Source of the DNA: an uncultured Oscillospiraceae bacterium
GTDB taxonomy: Bacteria; Bacillota; Clostridia; Oscillospirales; Acutalibacteraceae
Assembly (NCBI GenBank): GCA_900546265.1
Contig: URCA01000015.1
Coordinates: 1,542-65,541, forward strand
DNA: 64,000 nt
Direction of reading: 5' to 3'
The notes under the pieces are model-generated. The model was not told where the DNA came from. It did no database searches and was given only the letters and a program-made list of their open reading frames with translations. Numbering within the stretch: position 1 is the stretch's first letter; each line of letters begins with the position of its first letter. The position numbers were made by a program, and so were the translations under genes. This document shows positions 1-8,558 of the stretch, one piece after another.

Positions 1-204
1 GTAGCTGCCGGTGACCAGATTTTGGCTGGCCACATCCCCCAGCTGCTCGAAGCCCTGTACGTCGTCCCCCTGCCAGCAATGCAGCGATATGGGGATTTCC
101 CGGAACTGCCGCAGCGCCTCGTCGGTATCCACGCCAAACCCACGGTAAACCCGCTTGGCCTCCTCATAGGCCTTCAAAATTTGCTCGGTATCCGTCGGAT
201 ACAT
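1..204 (-). CDS. rhaA: L-rhamnose isomerase, N-terminal 68 codons only (the gene continues past the left edge)
   Basis: ATG at 204 is preceded by GGGAGGAAAA. The translation MYPTDTEQILKAYEEAKRVYRGFGVDTDEALRQFREIPISLHCWQGDDVQGFE carries the conserved RhaA N-terminal motif (E. coli RhaA has LPVSMHCWQGDDVSGFE). Confidence 0.8.
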   Translation of the reverse strand, partial: MYPTDTEQILKAYEEAKRVYRGFGVDTDEALRQFREIPISLHCWQGDDVQGFEQLGDVASQNLVTGSY

Positions 205-268
205 CCTGGTTTTCCTCCCTTGCATCATCGATTTTATATAGGGCAGCCCTATCGCCCTTCATTTCGTG

Positions 269-1273
269 TCATGCCTCTTTTACTACTTTTGTCGCATACT
301 CCCGCAGCAAACGGAGATATATCCGGTAATTCTCCAGGCTGACATCCGGCGGGGTCTGGTGATCGACACAAGGGACATAGCAGCCGCGTTTCATTGCCGG
401 ATAGATCCGTTCAAACTCCCGCCGCATCGCTTCCTCCCCGTCTTTCATCACGGTTTTATCGAAGCCGCCGATAAACTTAAACGTGGGGTATTGCTCCGTC
501 AGACGGTTGATGTCCACGCCGGCCATGCGTTCCAGGGGCAGAATGCCATCAAAGCCGCACTCCACCAACCATGGCAGGATGCTTTCCACCATGCCGTCGC
601 TGTCGTAAATCACCGTTTGCCCCAGCGCTTTCATCTCTTTCAGGAACGCCAGGTAGTACGGTTTCAAAAATTCATCCCACATGGCCTTGCCTATCATGGG
701 GCCATGATTGTAGGACATGTCTTCCCCAAGGAGGATAAAGGCGGGAGAAGCCTGCTCCAAGAACCGCTTTACCGCCGTGATGTTGTAGGTCAGCAAATCC
801 CGGCAAATGCGGTGGTATAGCTCCGGCTGTTCATAGAAGGCGACCAAGTGGTTTTCTATTCCCAGCAGGGTGCGGGGCCACCAGAAAAAGCCGTTCAGAT
901 TCAATTCGAACAGGTAGTCCCCGCAATCGCTTTCCTCCTTGCGGGCCAGAACGAAATCCCTCACCTTTTCGAAGGGATCGGCGGGATAGATACAAGGGAG
1001 CAGCGCCTCATATTCCTCCTCGCTATAAATGACCGGAGCCCCATGAGGCGGTTCCTTCCATCCCTCTCCTCTGGGATCGATGGTGGTATACCAAAGCGGA
1101 TCCAGCCCCATGAGCGCCTGAATCCGGTCAGGCTCCAGCGCATTGTCCAGCCCTTCCGCGTACCATCTCTCCAGCGTCTGATCCCAGTAAGGCGCATATT
1201 CAATCAGGGGCATACGCTCGATATGCTTGTTATGGCGGACAAAGTATGCATCAAAGATTTCCCGCTTGTTCAT
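269..1273 (-). CDS. Uroporphyrinogen-decarboxylase (URO-D/MtaA-like) superfamily protein, function unknown in this sugar context
   Basis: 334-aa ORF with ATG at 1273, 17 nt downstream of the GH38 stop. The length and C-terminal pattern (GFDGILPLE...FIGGFDK...PCVDHQTPPDVS) fit the URO-D-fold proteins often annotated in carbohydrate loci. I did not see an H-x-C zinc motif. Confidence 0.6.
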   Translation of the reverse strand: MNKREIFDAYFVRHNKHIERMPLIEYAPYWDQTLERWYAEGLDNALEPDRIQALMGLDPLWYTTIDPRGEGWKEPPHGAPVIYSEEEYEALLPCIYPADPFEKVRDFVLARKEESDCGDYLFELNLNGFFWWPRTLLGIENHLVAFYEQPELYHRICRDLLTYNITAVKRFLEQASPAFILLGEDMSYNHGPMIGKAMWDEFLKPYYLAFLKEMKALGQTVIYDSDGMVESILPWLVECGFDGILPLERMAGVDINRLTEQYPTFKFIGGFDKTVMKDGEEAMRREFERIYPAMKRGCYVPCVDHQTPPDVSLENYRIYLRLLREYATKVVKEA

Positions 1274-1289
1274 ATGACCGCCCCACCAA

Positions 1290-3995
1290 TCAATCGGTTT
1301 CCAGCTTATCCAGCCGCAGGGTGGCCAGCTCCTTGGGCTTCAGAGAGAGGGCTATCCGGCCTTCGCCGATGTAGGTCTGTCCCTCTTCGCTCATGGTGGT
1401 CAGGCTGCCGCGGGCCGCCGCCGTCACGACCGCCGTCTGTTCGCTTTCGGAATAGTTGAGAAGCCGCAGGATAAGCCCCTGCCCATCCTCCGCTTTTTTG
1501 AAAGCGGTCACCAGAACGCCCTCCCCCGCGACCTCGACAGCCGGCGTGTTGTCCGCCACGCGCAGGGCCGCGTTGTCGTCCGGAAGATAGAACAGCTCGG
1601 ACAGGCGCGTGTCCTGTACGGCGGTCCGGCCGCCTGAGAATTTCTTGCGATCGCAGGCGGTGGCGTAGGCGAGCAGCGGATTGCGGAACCGTTTGGCAAC
1701 CTGCGGAAGCCCGGCGCGGACATAGCCGCCGGTGTAGGTATAAACGGCCAGGCGGCCCTCCAAGCGGCGCAGGCACTGGTTCTCCGGGCAGTCCCACTGG
1801 CTCCCGCCGATCTGCTCCAGCGTCTCCATGTTGCGGACAATGCTGCCCGTGGAGCGCACCATCGTGAAGGCGAGTGCCTGACGCTCATCCAAATGCTCGT
1901 ACTCATGCAGCCCCTCGGTCAGCACGGCAAAGCCCGCCTCCTCATCCTCCAGCAAGGCAAAGGACGTGTTGGGAAACACCGGGCTTTTGGTCGTCGGATA
2001 GCTGTCATGGATGGTGTGCGACACGATGTCGAAGGGGATATCCGCCGTGCTTATCTGCGAGGCGATGCCGGCGTGGAAAACCAGCCGCATCCGGTGATCC
2101 TTCGCGCGGTTGTCCAGCGTGTAGCCGACATGCAGCAGCGCGTCGCCCTTTTCGATGGACAGCGTCAGCTCAACCGTGCAGACGGCCAGCTGCTCCGCCC
2201 GCTTTTTCTGTGAAAAATCGTAGTAGGCGGGGACACACATCTCCCTCGTAATCCGGATCGCCTGCCGGTACGCGTTGTGTTCCAGCACCTCCACCGCAGC
2301 GGGGAAGTCCCGTCCCCAAAAGAAGGGCTCCCCGTTGTTCCAATACATATAGCTGTCGCCGTAATCGGCGGATTCTTCAATATCCAGAATATCCTCGTAC
2401 AGCCGCTCTGTCTTTTTATCGAGCAAATCGACGCGGCCGTCCTCGCCGACGGTTACCCGGATGCAGGCGTTTTCCATCACCGGCTCGCTTTTCTGCAGCG
2501 GCTCGAACAGCGCGGGAGTCCGCTCCGCCCGGCGGATGCGGTATCCCTTCGCCGCAAAGGGCTGCACCCCCTGCGCGTACAGATACAGCGTATACCGATC
2601 CACATCCAGAACGCCGGGGAGGTTTACGGGGGAAAACACGTCCCTTTGGGTGCACTCTTTGGAAAGCAGCGCGTATTCCACGGGGCTGCCCGCCGCGTCG
2701 GTGATGGTGAATCCCGCGAAGTCATCCGAGGCCGGAATGTCGACGACCGCTTTCAAAACGCCGGACTGCTCCGTTTCCGTGGAATTCACCGCCAGCAGAA
2801 TATAGCTGTCGGCGCTCTCCTCCGCCAGCTCCATGTGCTCCGCCAGCTCTCTCAGGCCGCGCGCGAGCATTTCATTCGTCACCTCGGACAACCGGGCGTA
2901 GTTATCCTCCATATGCCGGTGAACCTCGTCGCGGGAACAGCCGCATATGCTGTCGTGCGGGTGGTTCTTCATCAGGTTTTTCCACATGTACCGGAAATGA
3001 TCGAGCGAGTAGCTCTCCGGCGCGGCGCCATAGAGCTGCAGCATGGCGTACAGCGGCTCCAGCCGGCATTCCAGCATGTTCTGCGCGCGGACGTTGGCTG
3101 TCTTCAAGTAGCTGCGGGAGGACAGCGTCCCTTTGAGGAGCTTCAGGTCGCCGCCGTGACGCAGCTCCCCCTTATAGGTCTTCAGGGGAACCTGGTGTTC
3201 CTCAATATACGCCTGCACCTGACGGATATACGCCTCCATATGGTACTGCCGCACCGCGTAATCCTTTTGCAGCGTGTCCAGAATGGGAAGAAGGTTGTCC
3301 TGGGCCTCCAGATGATCCACACCGTTCATCAGCAGCAGGTAGGGGGTGACCGCCACCCCTTCGAACTGCTTTTCCACACAGTCCAGCAGCAGCTTCGATA
3401 CCTCGATGTCTTCGGAAAAGCGCTGGGCGTTGTTATACCAGAACGCCATATGTATCGCCAAAACCCGGCTGCCGTCGGCGCCCTCCCAGATAAACTCCGA
3501 CGGGGTGGTTTTGGTGATCACTTCCCCCTGCGGTCCCACCTCGTAATCCGCCAGCCCCCTGCCGAAAACGAAATTGTCCAGGCCGAAATTGTTCAGGATC
3601 TGCGGCAGCTGAGAGATGTTGCCGAACTGATCCGCCGCATAGCCCACCTTGCCGCAGTTTCCAAAAGACGCGGCGATGCGGCGCCCTTCCAGCAGGTTGC
3701 GGATGGTGGACTCTCCGCTCGTCAGATAAAAATCATTCTGCAGATACCAAGGCCCCACCACCAGCCGGCCCTCGGTGATGTACCGCCGCAGCGTTTCCCG
3801 GCGGGAGGGCCGGTACTCCAGATAATCCTCCAGCACCACCGTCTGCGCATCCAGGTGGAATATATACGCCGGATACTTCTCCAGAGTCGCCAGCAGGTGA
3901 TCGATGAGATCCACCAGCTTGAGCTTAAACCGTTCAAGGGGCATATACCATTCTCTGTCCCAATGGGTATGGGAAACCACACAGAAATACTTCAT
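1290..3995 (-). CDS. GH38 alpha-mannosidase, cytoplasmic
   Basis: 901 aa. The N-terminus MKYFCVVSHTHWDREWY is the GH38 signature (HTHWDREW). There is no signal peptide. RBS GAGGAG lies 8 nt upstream of ATG 3995. Confidence 0.85.
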   Translation of the reverse strand: MKYFCVVSHTHWDREWYMPLERFKLKLVDLIDHLLATLEKYPAYIFHLDAQTVVLEDYLEYRPSRRETLRRYITEGRLVVGPWYLQNDFYLTSGESTIRNLLEGRRIAASFGNCGKVGYAADQFGNISQLPQILNNFGLDNFVFGRGLADYEVGPQGEVITKTTPSEFIWEGADGSRVLAIHMAFWYNNAQRFSEDIEVSKLLLDCVEKQFEGVAVTPYLLLMNGVDHLEAQDNLLPILDTLQKDYAVRQYHMEAYIRQVQAYIEEHQVPLKTYKGELRHGGDLKLLKGTLSSRSYLKTANVRAQNMLECRLEPLYAMLQLYGAAPESYSLDHFRYMWKNLMKNHPHDSICGCSRDEVHRHMEDNYARLSEVTNEMLARGLRELAEHMELAEESADSYILLAVNSTETEQSGVLKAVVDIPASDDFAGFTITDAAGSPVEYALLSKECTQRDVFSPVNLPGVLDVDRYTLYLYAQGVQPFAAKGYRIRRAERTPALFEPLQKSEPVMENACIRVTVGEDGRVDLLDKKTERLYEDILDIEESADYGDSYMYWNNGEPFFWGRDFPAAVEVLEHNAYRQAIRITREMCVPAYYDFSQKKRAEQLAVCTVELTLSIEKGDALLHVGYTLDNRAKDHRMRLVFHAGIASQISTADIPFDIVSHTIHDSYPTTKSPVFPNTSFALLEDEEAGFAVLTEGLHEYEHLDERQALAFTMVRSTGSIVRNMETLEQIGGSQWDCPENQCLRRLEGRLAVYTYTGGYVRAGLPQVAKRFRNPLLAYATACDRKKFSGGRTAVQDTRLSELFYLPDDNAALRVADNTPAVEVAGEGVLVTAFKKAEDGQGLILRLLNYSESEQTAVVTAAARGSLTTMSEEGQTYIGEGRIALSLKPKELATLRLDKLETD

Positions 3996-4027
3996 TTGGG
4001 CGACTCCTCAACTCGAATTTTATTATG

Positions 4028-4963
4028 TCAGCCAACCAGGCCGCTTCGCTCGATGCCCTGAATGATCTTGCGCTGCAGCAGGCAGTAAAACAGCAGCAGC
4101 GGCAGCAGCGCCAGGATGGTCGCCGCGTTGGCTTTGACCATGGTGTAGTACATTTCCTTGTTCCCGATGGACACCGCATTCATGATGGCGATGACATTGG
4201 GCAGCAGCTTGACCTCGCCCATGAGCAGATTCGAATAGAAGGTATCCGTCCACTGCCAGGCAAAGGAAAGGGAGAAAATCACGACAAAAATGGATTTGGC
4301 CATGGGCACCACGATGCGGAAAAAGGTGCGGTAGGTTCCGGAACCGTCCACATGGGCCGCTTCAATGAGCTCATCCGGAATCGAGCGGTAATATTGATAG
4401 GTGAGTATCACGAAGATGCCGGCGCGGAAGCTCAGCGTCGTGGCCGCCAGGATCGCCATCGGCCAGACGGTGTTGGTCAGCTGTACAGCCGATCCGGTCA
4501 GCCCCTCTATCAGCCCGAAGAAATCGAAAAACCGAAAGGAGGAATACAGCGGCAGCGATATGGTCTGAATGGGCATCATCATGGTGAACACCACCACGCC
4601 GATCAGCAGCTTGCTGCCCGGGAAGCGAAACCGCGCCAGCCCGTAGCCCACCAGGGCGGAGGAAACGGTCGCCAGCACCGCCACCACCACCGCATACAAG
4701 GTCGTGTGATAGAAGCCCTGTACATAGTCGGGCGTCTGCAGCAGCCCCCGGTAGATATCCAGCGTCCAGTTCTTCGGGATCAGCATGACGGTGGGATCGT
4801 ACATGTCGTCCAGCGACATGAAGGAGGCGAGGATTTTAAATAAGAAGGGATACAGAATCACATATGCAAAGCCGAGCAGCATCACGAACAGGCCGCATTG
4901 CACGACCAGATGGCCGGCCTTTTTTTCGAGCCGCCGTTTCGTTTTTTGGGACAGCCACGCCAT
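4028..4963 (-). CDS. Carbohydrate ABC transporter permease (MalG-like, CUT1)
   Basis: The track ORF 4028..5236 is trimmed to Met at 4963 (MAWLSQKTKRR...), whose ATG overlaps the upstream TAA by 1 nt. It has multiple TM segments and the EAA loop IEAAHVDGSGTYRTFFRIVVPM. Confidence 0.9.
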   Translation of the reverse strand: MAWLSQKTKRRLEKKAGHLVVQCGLFVMLLGFAYVILYPFLFKILASFMSLDDMYDPTVMLIPKNWTLDIYRGLLQTPDYVQGFYHTTLYAVVVAVLATVSSALVGYGLARFRFPGSKLLIGVVVFTMMMPIQTISLPLYSSFRFFDFFGLIEGLTGSAVQLTNTVWPMAILAATTLSFRAGIFVILTYQYYRSIPDELIEAAHVDGSGTYRTFFRIVVPMAKSIFVVIFSLSFAWQWTDTFYSNLLMGEVKLLPNVIAIMNAVSIGNKEMYYTMVKANAATILALLPLLLFYCLLQRKIIQGIERSGLVG

Positions 4964-5904
4964 TATCGCCCGCCCTCCTTTCGGCTTTTGCGATAGGCCC
5001 TGGTGAAGAGCCAGAAAAGCAGCAGCAGCGCCGCCATCAGCACGGCGATACACAGGAAATGGATCCACGCCATGGCGGAGGAATATCCGTATTTTCCTTT
5101 GGTAAAGGCCACGTATTTCAAATAATCCATCAGCCGGGTATTGTCCCGGGTCAAGCTCTCGATAAAGGTATAGACGACATTGACCAGCACGTAGGGGACC
5201 ACCATCGGCAGCGTGATTTTCCAAAAGGAAGACCACGCCGACGCCCCTTCCACCTTGGCCGACTCATACACCGAAACCGGAATCGACTGGATACCGGCGA
5301 GGAAAATCAGGATCTGCACCCCGCTGCGGTTGACCACGTCGATGATATTGTTGGCGGCGCCGGTGACCCCCTGAATAAGCGCCGGGCTGAAATTGAGCTG
5401 CTGCAGAATCAGCGACGCGTTGCCGAGCGCGCCCAGCACGGTGCTGTCCTGATTGGCAGTCGCGCTGTTCATGACGCTCATGACCATGTTTTCGCTGTCC
5501 ATCATGCTGAGCAGCCCGGTGCAGGCAATGACCGGCAGAAAGAACAGCGCGCGAAACGCGGTTCTTCCCCAAACCTTGGTGTTGAGGACGACGGCGATAA
5601 AGAGGGAAAACACCAGAATGATGGGGGCCGTGGTCACCAGCGACCGCAGGTCCTCCGCCAGATACTTGACAAAGTCGGCGTCCACCCGCAGGGCATAATG
5701 AAAGTTTTCCAGGCCGGCAAAGGTGAACTGCAGACCGTTCTGAACGCTGACGTCGGAAAAGGCAAACCGGACGCCGGAGACCATCATCTGGAGAAAAACA
5801 AAAAGCAGACCGGCCAGGAGAGGGGAAACAAAGACAAGACCCGCCCATTGAACCTTCCGGCGCCTGCCGCGCTTCCCCGCGCCGGCTACAAGTTTATTGC
5901 CCAT
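4963..5904 (-). CDS. Sugar ABC transporter permease (MalF-like, CUT1)
   Basis: 313 aa. AAGGAG lies 7 nt upstream of ATG 5904. EAA loop YESAKVEGASAWSSFWKITLPM and six predicted TM stretches. Confidence 0.9.
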   Translation of the reverse strand: MGNKLVAGAGKRGRRRKVQWAGLVFVSPLLAGLLFVFLQMMVSGVRFAFSDVSVQNGLQFTFAGLENFHYALRVDADFVKYLAEDLRSLVTTAPIILVFSLFIAVVLNTKVWGRTAFRALFFLPVIACTGLLSMMDSENMVMSVMNSATANQDSTVLGALGNASLILQQLNFSPALIQGVTGAANNIIDVVNRSGVQILIFLAGIQSIPVSVYESAKVEGASAWSSFWKITLPMVVPYVLVNVVYTFIESLTRDNTRLMDYLKYVAFTKGKYGYSSAMAWIHFLCIAVLMAALLLLFWLFTRAYRKSRKEGGR

Positions 5905-8521
5905 CGGTATGCTCCTTTTGTAAAACGGTATAGCTCTGCGCTTCCACTCGTATGGCCCCCTGCGCGTAGGCCGTGCGGTTGCAGTTCACGGCGATCTCCG
6001 CCCCGTTTTCGAAGGTGGAGACGGTGACGCCGTCGGCCAGCACCTCATGCGCCACCAGACGGGAGCCCTCCGCGGCCGCCAGCGCGTCGGCCACATAGGT
6101 GTACCCCTCCAGGGCCCGCTCGCGCAGATACTCAAAATCCACCGCGTAGTAATAGCTGTAAGCCGATTGCTTGAGGCGATCCACATTCTTGTACGCCAGC
6201 AGGTAGGTCGGTGACGTGCCACTGGCAATGCAGCGGAGCAGCTCGGTCTGTTTATCCGCCTTGAGATTGATGGGGGCGCTGCTGTAAGCCACGCTGCCCG
6301 AGAGTACCATCTGCACAAAGGGGACCGCGGCGGTTTCGCCGGCATAGCCCGAATGAGTCATGCCCAAATCGGTGACAGCCGCCGCATAGGGCAGGACGTA
6401 GGCGTTGGCCCCGTCAAAGGACAGCTTCAGGCGATCCTTCTGTGCGCCGAGCAGCTGCGCGAGCCGGGCGGCCGTCTGTTCCCGGTTGATCGGCTCCTTC
6501 TGCGAGAAATCGGAATTGAGATACCGGCCCACTTCGCCCAAGACCACCTCGCCGATCTTCTGCTCGCCGCAGTCGGCGAAAAAGCGTTCAAAAAAGCGCT
6601 CATACATTCGTGGGGAGAGACAGTACCGCGGGTTTTCATATTCCAGGGTGTCGGGCTGCATCCGCGAGACGGAGGCCTGTACCCGCTGAAGTGTGCGGGA
6701 GCTGTCCCTCCTGGCGGAAAACCCGTCAAACCATCGATCCTTACCGACAAACAGCATGTTGCTGCGCACCGAGAAGCCCACGTTCTCCGCGGCGCACCAG
6801 TCGAGCAGCTCGGAAAATCCTTTGGCTCCTCCCAGCGCGCCGGATAGCCGCACCCGGTTGGCGGCGCCGCTGTCCAGCCCGTATTTTTCATACCCCAGCA
6901 GGCTTAGGTGAATATCCTCCACACCCCGCTCCTGAAAATAGCGAACCATCTCCATGTTTTCCCGGTAGGAGGTAAATTCCGCGTCCGCCCGATAGCGGAA
7001 GCCCAGCAGGGACGTGGTATAGTCGGCGGTTCCCAGTGTCTGCAGCTGGAAAACCGGGCCGGCCTCCCCCTCTTGTCGCATCCCCTTTTCCAGAAGAATC
7101 GCGCGGTAGACCGCCGCCATCCCCGAATAGGACGCCTTCTCTCCCGTCAGAGGATAAAAAGCCAGCGTCATATCCGATTGGAAGCCATTTTTGTCGCATA
7201 AGTACACCCGGCGGGTCGACCCGTTGGACGCCACCTTGGCCTCCAGCGTCACATACTCCCGGCTCGTCCAGGAAAAGGTATTGTAAACCGTATAGTACCG
7301 GCCGTTCGGCTCCCCCAGCTTGGCGGTGATCTCGCTGCCGGCATCCCCGCTCTCTATGACAGCGAACAGGGCCGTGCGGTTGTTGCGCACGATGCCGAAA
7401 ACGGGCAGATAGTACGGTTCCCCTTCTGTCGGCTCGGTCTGGCTCGCCGCCCCGTCCCGGCCGTATACCTGGCCGGTGATAAGGGGACGGCGGTTGGGGC
7501 TGGGATCCTGCAGGGACAGGATGGCGCCGGAGCCGTCGGGGATGAACAGGTATCCCTCTCCCCCCTCCTGCGGCAGATCCGCGCCGAAATACTCGAGCAC
7601 CGTAATCGAGGCGAGCTGAAAGTGCTCCTCGTCGTAAGACACCGCGTCGTGCGGGAGAGTGACCTGCAGGCCGTCCGGTGTCAGCCGATACCGGATCGTG
7701 AGCTTGAAATTGGCAAATATCTCTTCTTTCACCTCGGTGTGGAACTGCCCGGCGACGGCTTCATACTCCTCACGGGTATAGCCCGCTTCCGCCATATAGC
7801 CGTCGATTTCGTTTTTCTCCTTACGGCTGACGTTGTCGTTGCAGATGTATAACGGCTCCGTCTTCAGCGGCGGGTAGGCGGCCAGCAGCCGCTCCCGTTC
7901 CTGCTCGTCGGACACGCTGGCCAGGTCGGTCAGGGAATAGAACAGGTTCATGCGCCGCTTCGCCCGCGAGCCGAGCTGGCCGGTGATGCGTTCATAGGTT
8001 TCCACCGTAAAGGCCGCCGGTACCAGCAGCTGTTTCTGCTCTTTGCCGATGGACATCTCGAAGGCCACGCCGTCGGGATACAGCTTTGCCGTATATTGTC
8101 CCAGCGCGGCGCAGTCGGGGCCCGACCACAGGGTGGCCGTCTGATTGTTGCTGTCAATGTAATGGATCGCCACCTGAGAAACCAGGCTGCTCTGGATATC
8201 CCCGGTGAAATTGGGATCACGGGCGGCGTTATACGGATTGGAGGTGAACACGGCGCCGGTGCGCTTATCCGCCAGTGCGACGGCCAGCGACTGCGGATGG
8301 AAGTACAGGCTATAGGCCTCGTTTTCCGCCGCCGGCCGCATATCCGCCAGCATGGCCGCCTCGCTTTCGTACGCGAAGCCGGCGGTGTTTTCCGCGCCGG
8401 CAATCGTCTCCAGCGGCGTCTCCATGTCGGCCGCGGCGCCCGTGGCCGCCTGATATCCCGGCGCACCGCCAAGCAGCACGGCCGCCGCCAGCAGTCCGCC
8501 TATCCAGCCTGTTCGCTTCAT
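5894..8521 (-). CDS. Large secreted protein of unknown function (possibly the DUF5696 family, from memory only)
   Basis: Start is set at ATG 8521 (MKRTGWIGGLLAAAVLLGGAPG, signal-peptide-like) with AGGGGGA 6 nt upstream. The track start at 8548 lacks an RBS. 875 aa with no motif I can assign. It sits between the Yip1 protein gene and a permease pair. Confidence 0.5.
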   Translation of the reverse strand: MKRTGWIGGLLAAAVLLGGAPGYQAATGAAADMETPLETIAGAENTAGFAYESEAAMLADMRPAAENEAYSLYFHPQSLAVALADKRTGAVFTSNPYNAARDPNFTGDIQSSLVSQVAIHYIDSNNQTATLWSGPDCAALGQYTAKLYPDGVAFEMSIGKEQKQLLVPAAFTVETYERITGQLGSRAKRRMNLFYSLTDLASVSDEQERERLLAAYPPLKTEPLYICNDNVSRKEKNEIDGYMAEAGYTREEYEAVAGQFHTEVKEEIFANFKLTIRYRLTPDGLQVTLPHDAVSYDEEHFQLASITVLEYFGADLPQEGGEGYLFIPDGSGAILSLQDPSPNRRPLITGQVYGRDGAASQTEPTEGEPYYLPVFGIVRNNRTALFAVIESGDAGSEITAKLGEPNGRYYTVYNTFSWTSREYVTLEAKVASNGSTRRVYLCDKNGFQSDMTLAFYPLTGEKASYSGMAAVYRAILLEKGMRQEGEAGPVFQLQTLGTADYTTSLLGFRYRADAEFTSYRENMEMVRYFQERGVEDIHLSLLGYEKYGLDSGAANRVRLSGALGGAKGFSELLDWCAAENVGFSVRSNMLFVGKDRWFDGFSARRDSSRTLQRVQASVSRMQPDTLEYENPRYCLSPRMYERFFERFFADCGEQKIGEVVLGEVGRYLNSDFSQKEPINREQTAARLAQLLGAQKDRLKLSFDGANAYVLPYAAAVTDLGMTHSGYAGETAAVPFVQMVLSGSVAYSSAPINLKADKQTELLRCIASGTSPTYLLAYKNVDRLKQSAYSYYYAVDFEYLRERALEGYTYVADALAAAEGSRLVAHEVLADGVTVSTFENGAEIAVNCNRTAYAQGAIRVEAQSYTVLQKEHTDGQ

Positions 8522-8558
8522 ATGGTTTCCCCCTTCGAGTCTAAACAATATCTCCCCG

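Noticed and set aside
2277-4061. 594-aa plus-strand ORF; the same type occurs at 4864-6027, 12294-14789, 18376-20289, 20010-21794, 40195-41571 and 61372-62544
   Set aside because: These are antisense shadows of well-supported minus-strand genes in GC-rich DNA. Their translations are Arg/Pro/Gly/His-rich low-complexity sequence with no motifs and no RBS.
4964-5236. N-terminal extensions of track ORFs (4028..5236). The same applies to 58188..58508, 60281..60829, 60759..61553, 61312..63462 and 63203..63985.
   Set aside because: The extensions overlap the preceding gene and have implausible composition. Internal starts with good RBSs fit operon spacing, so the starts were trimmed.
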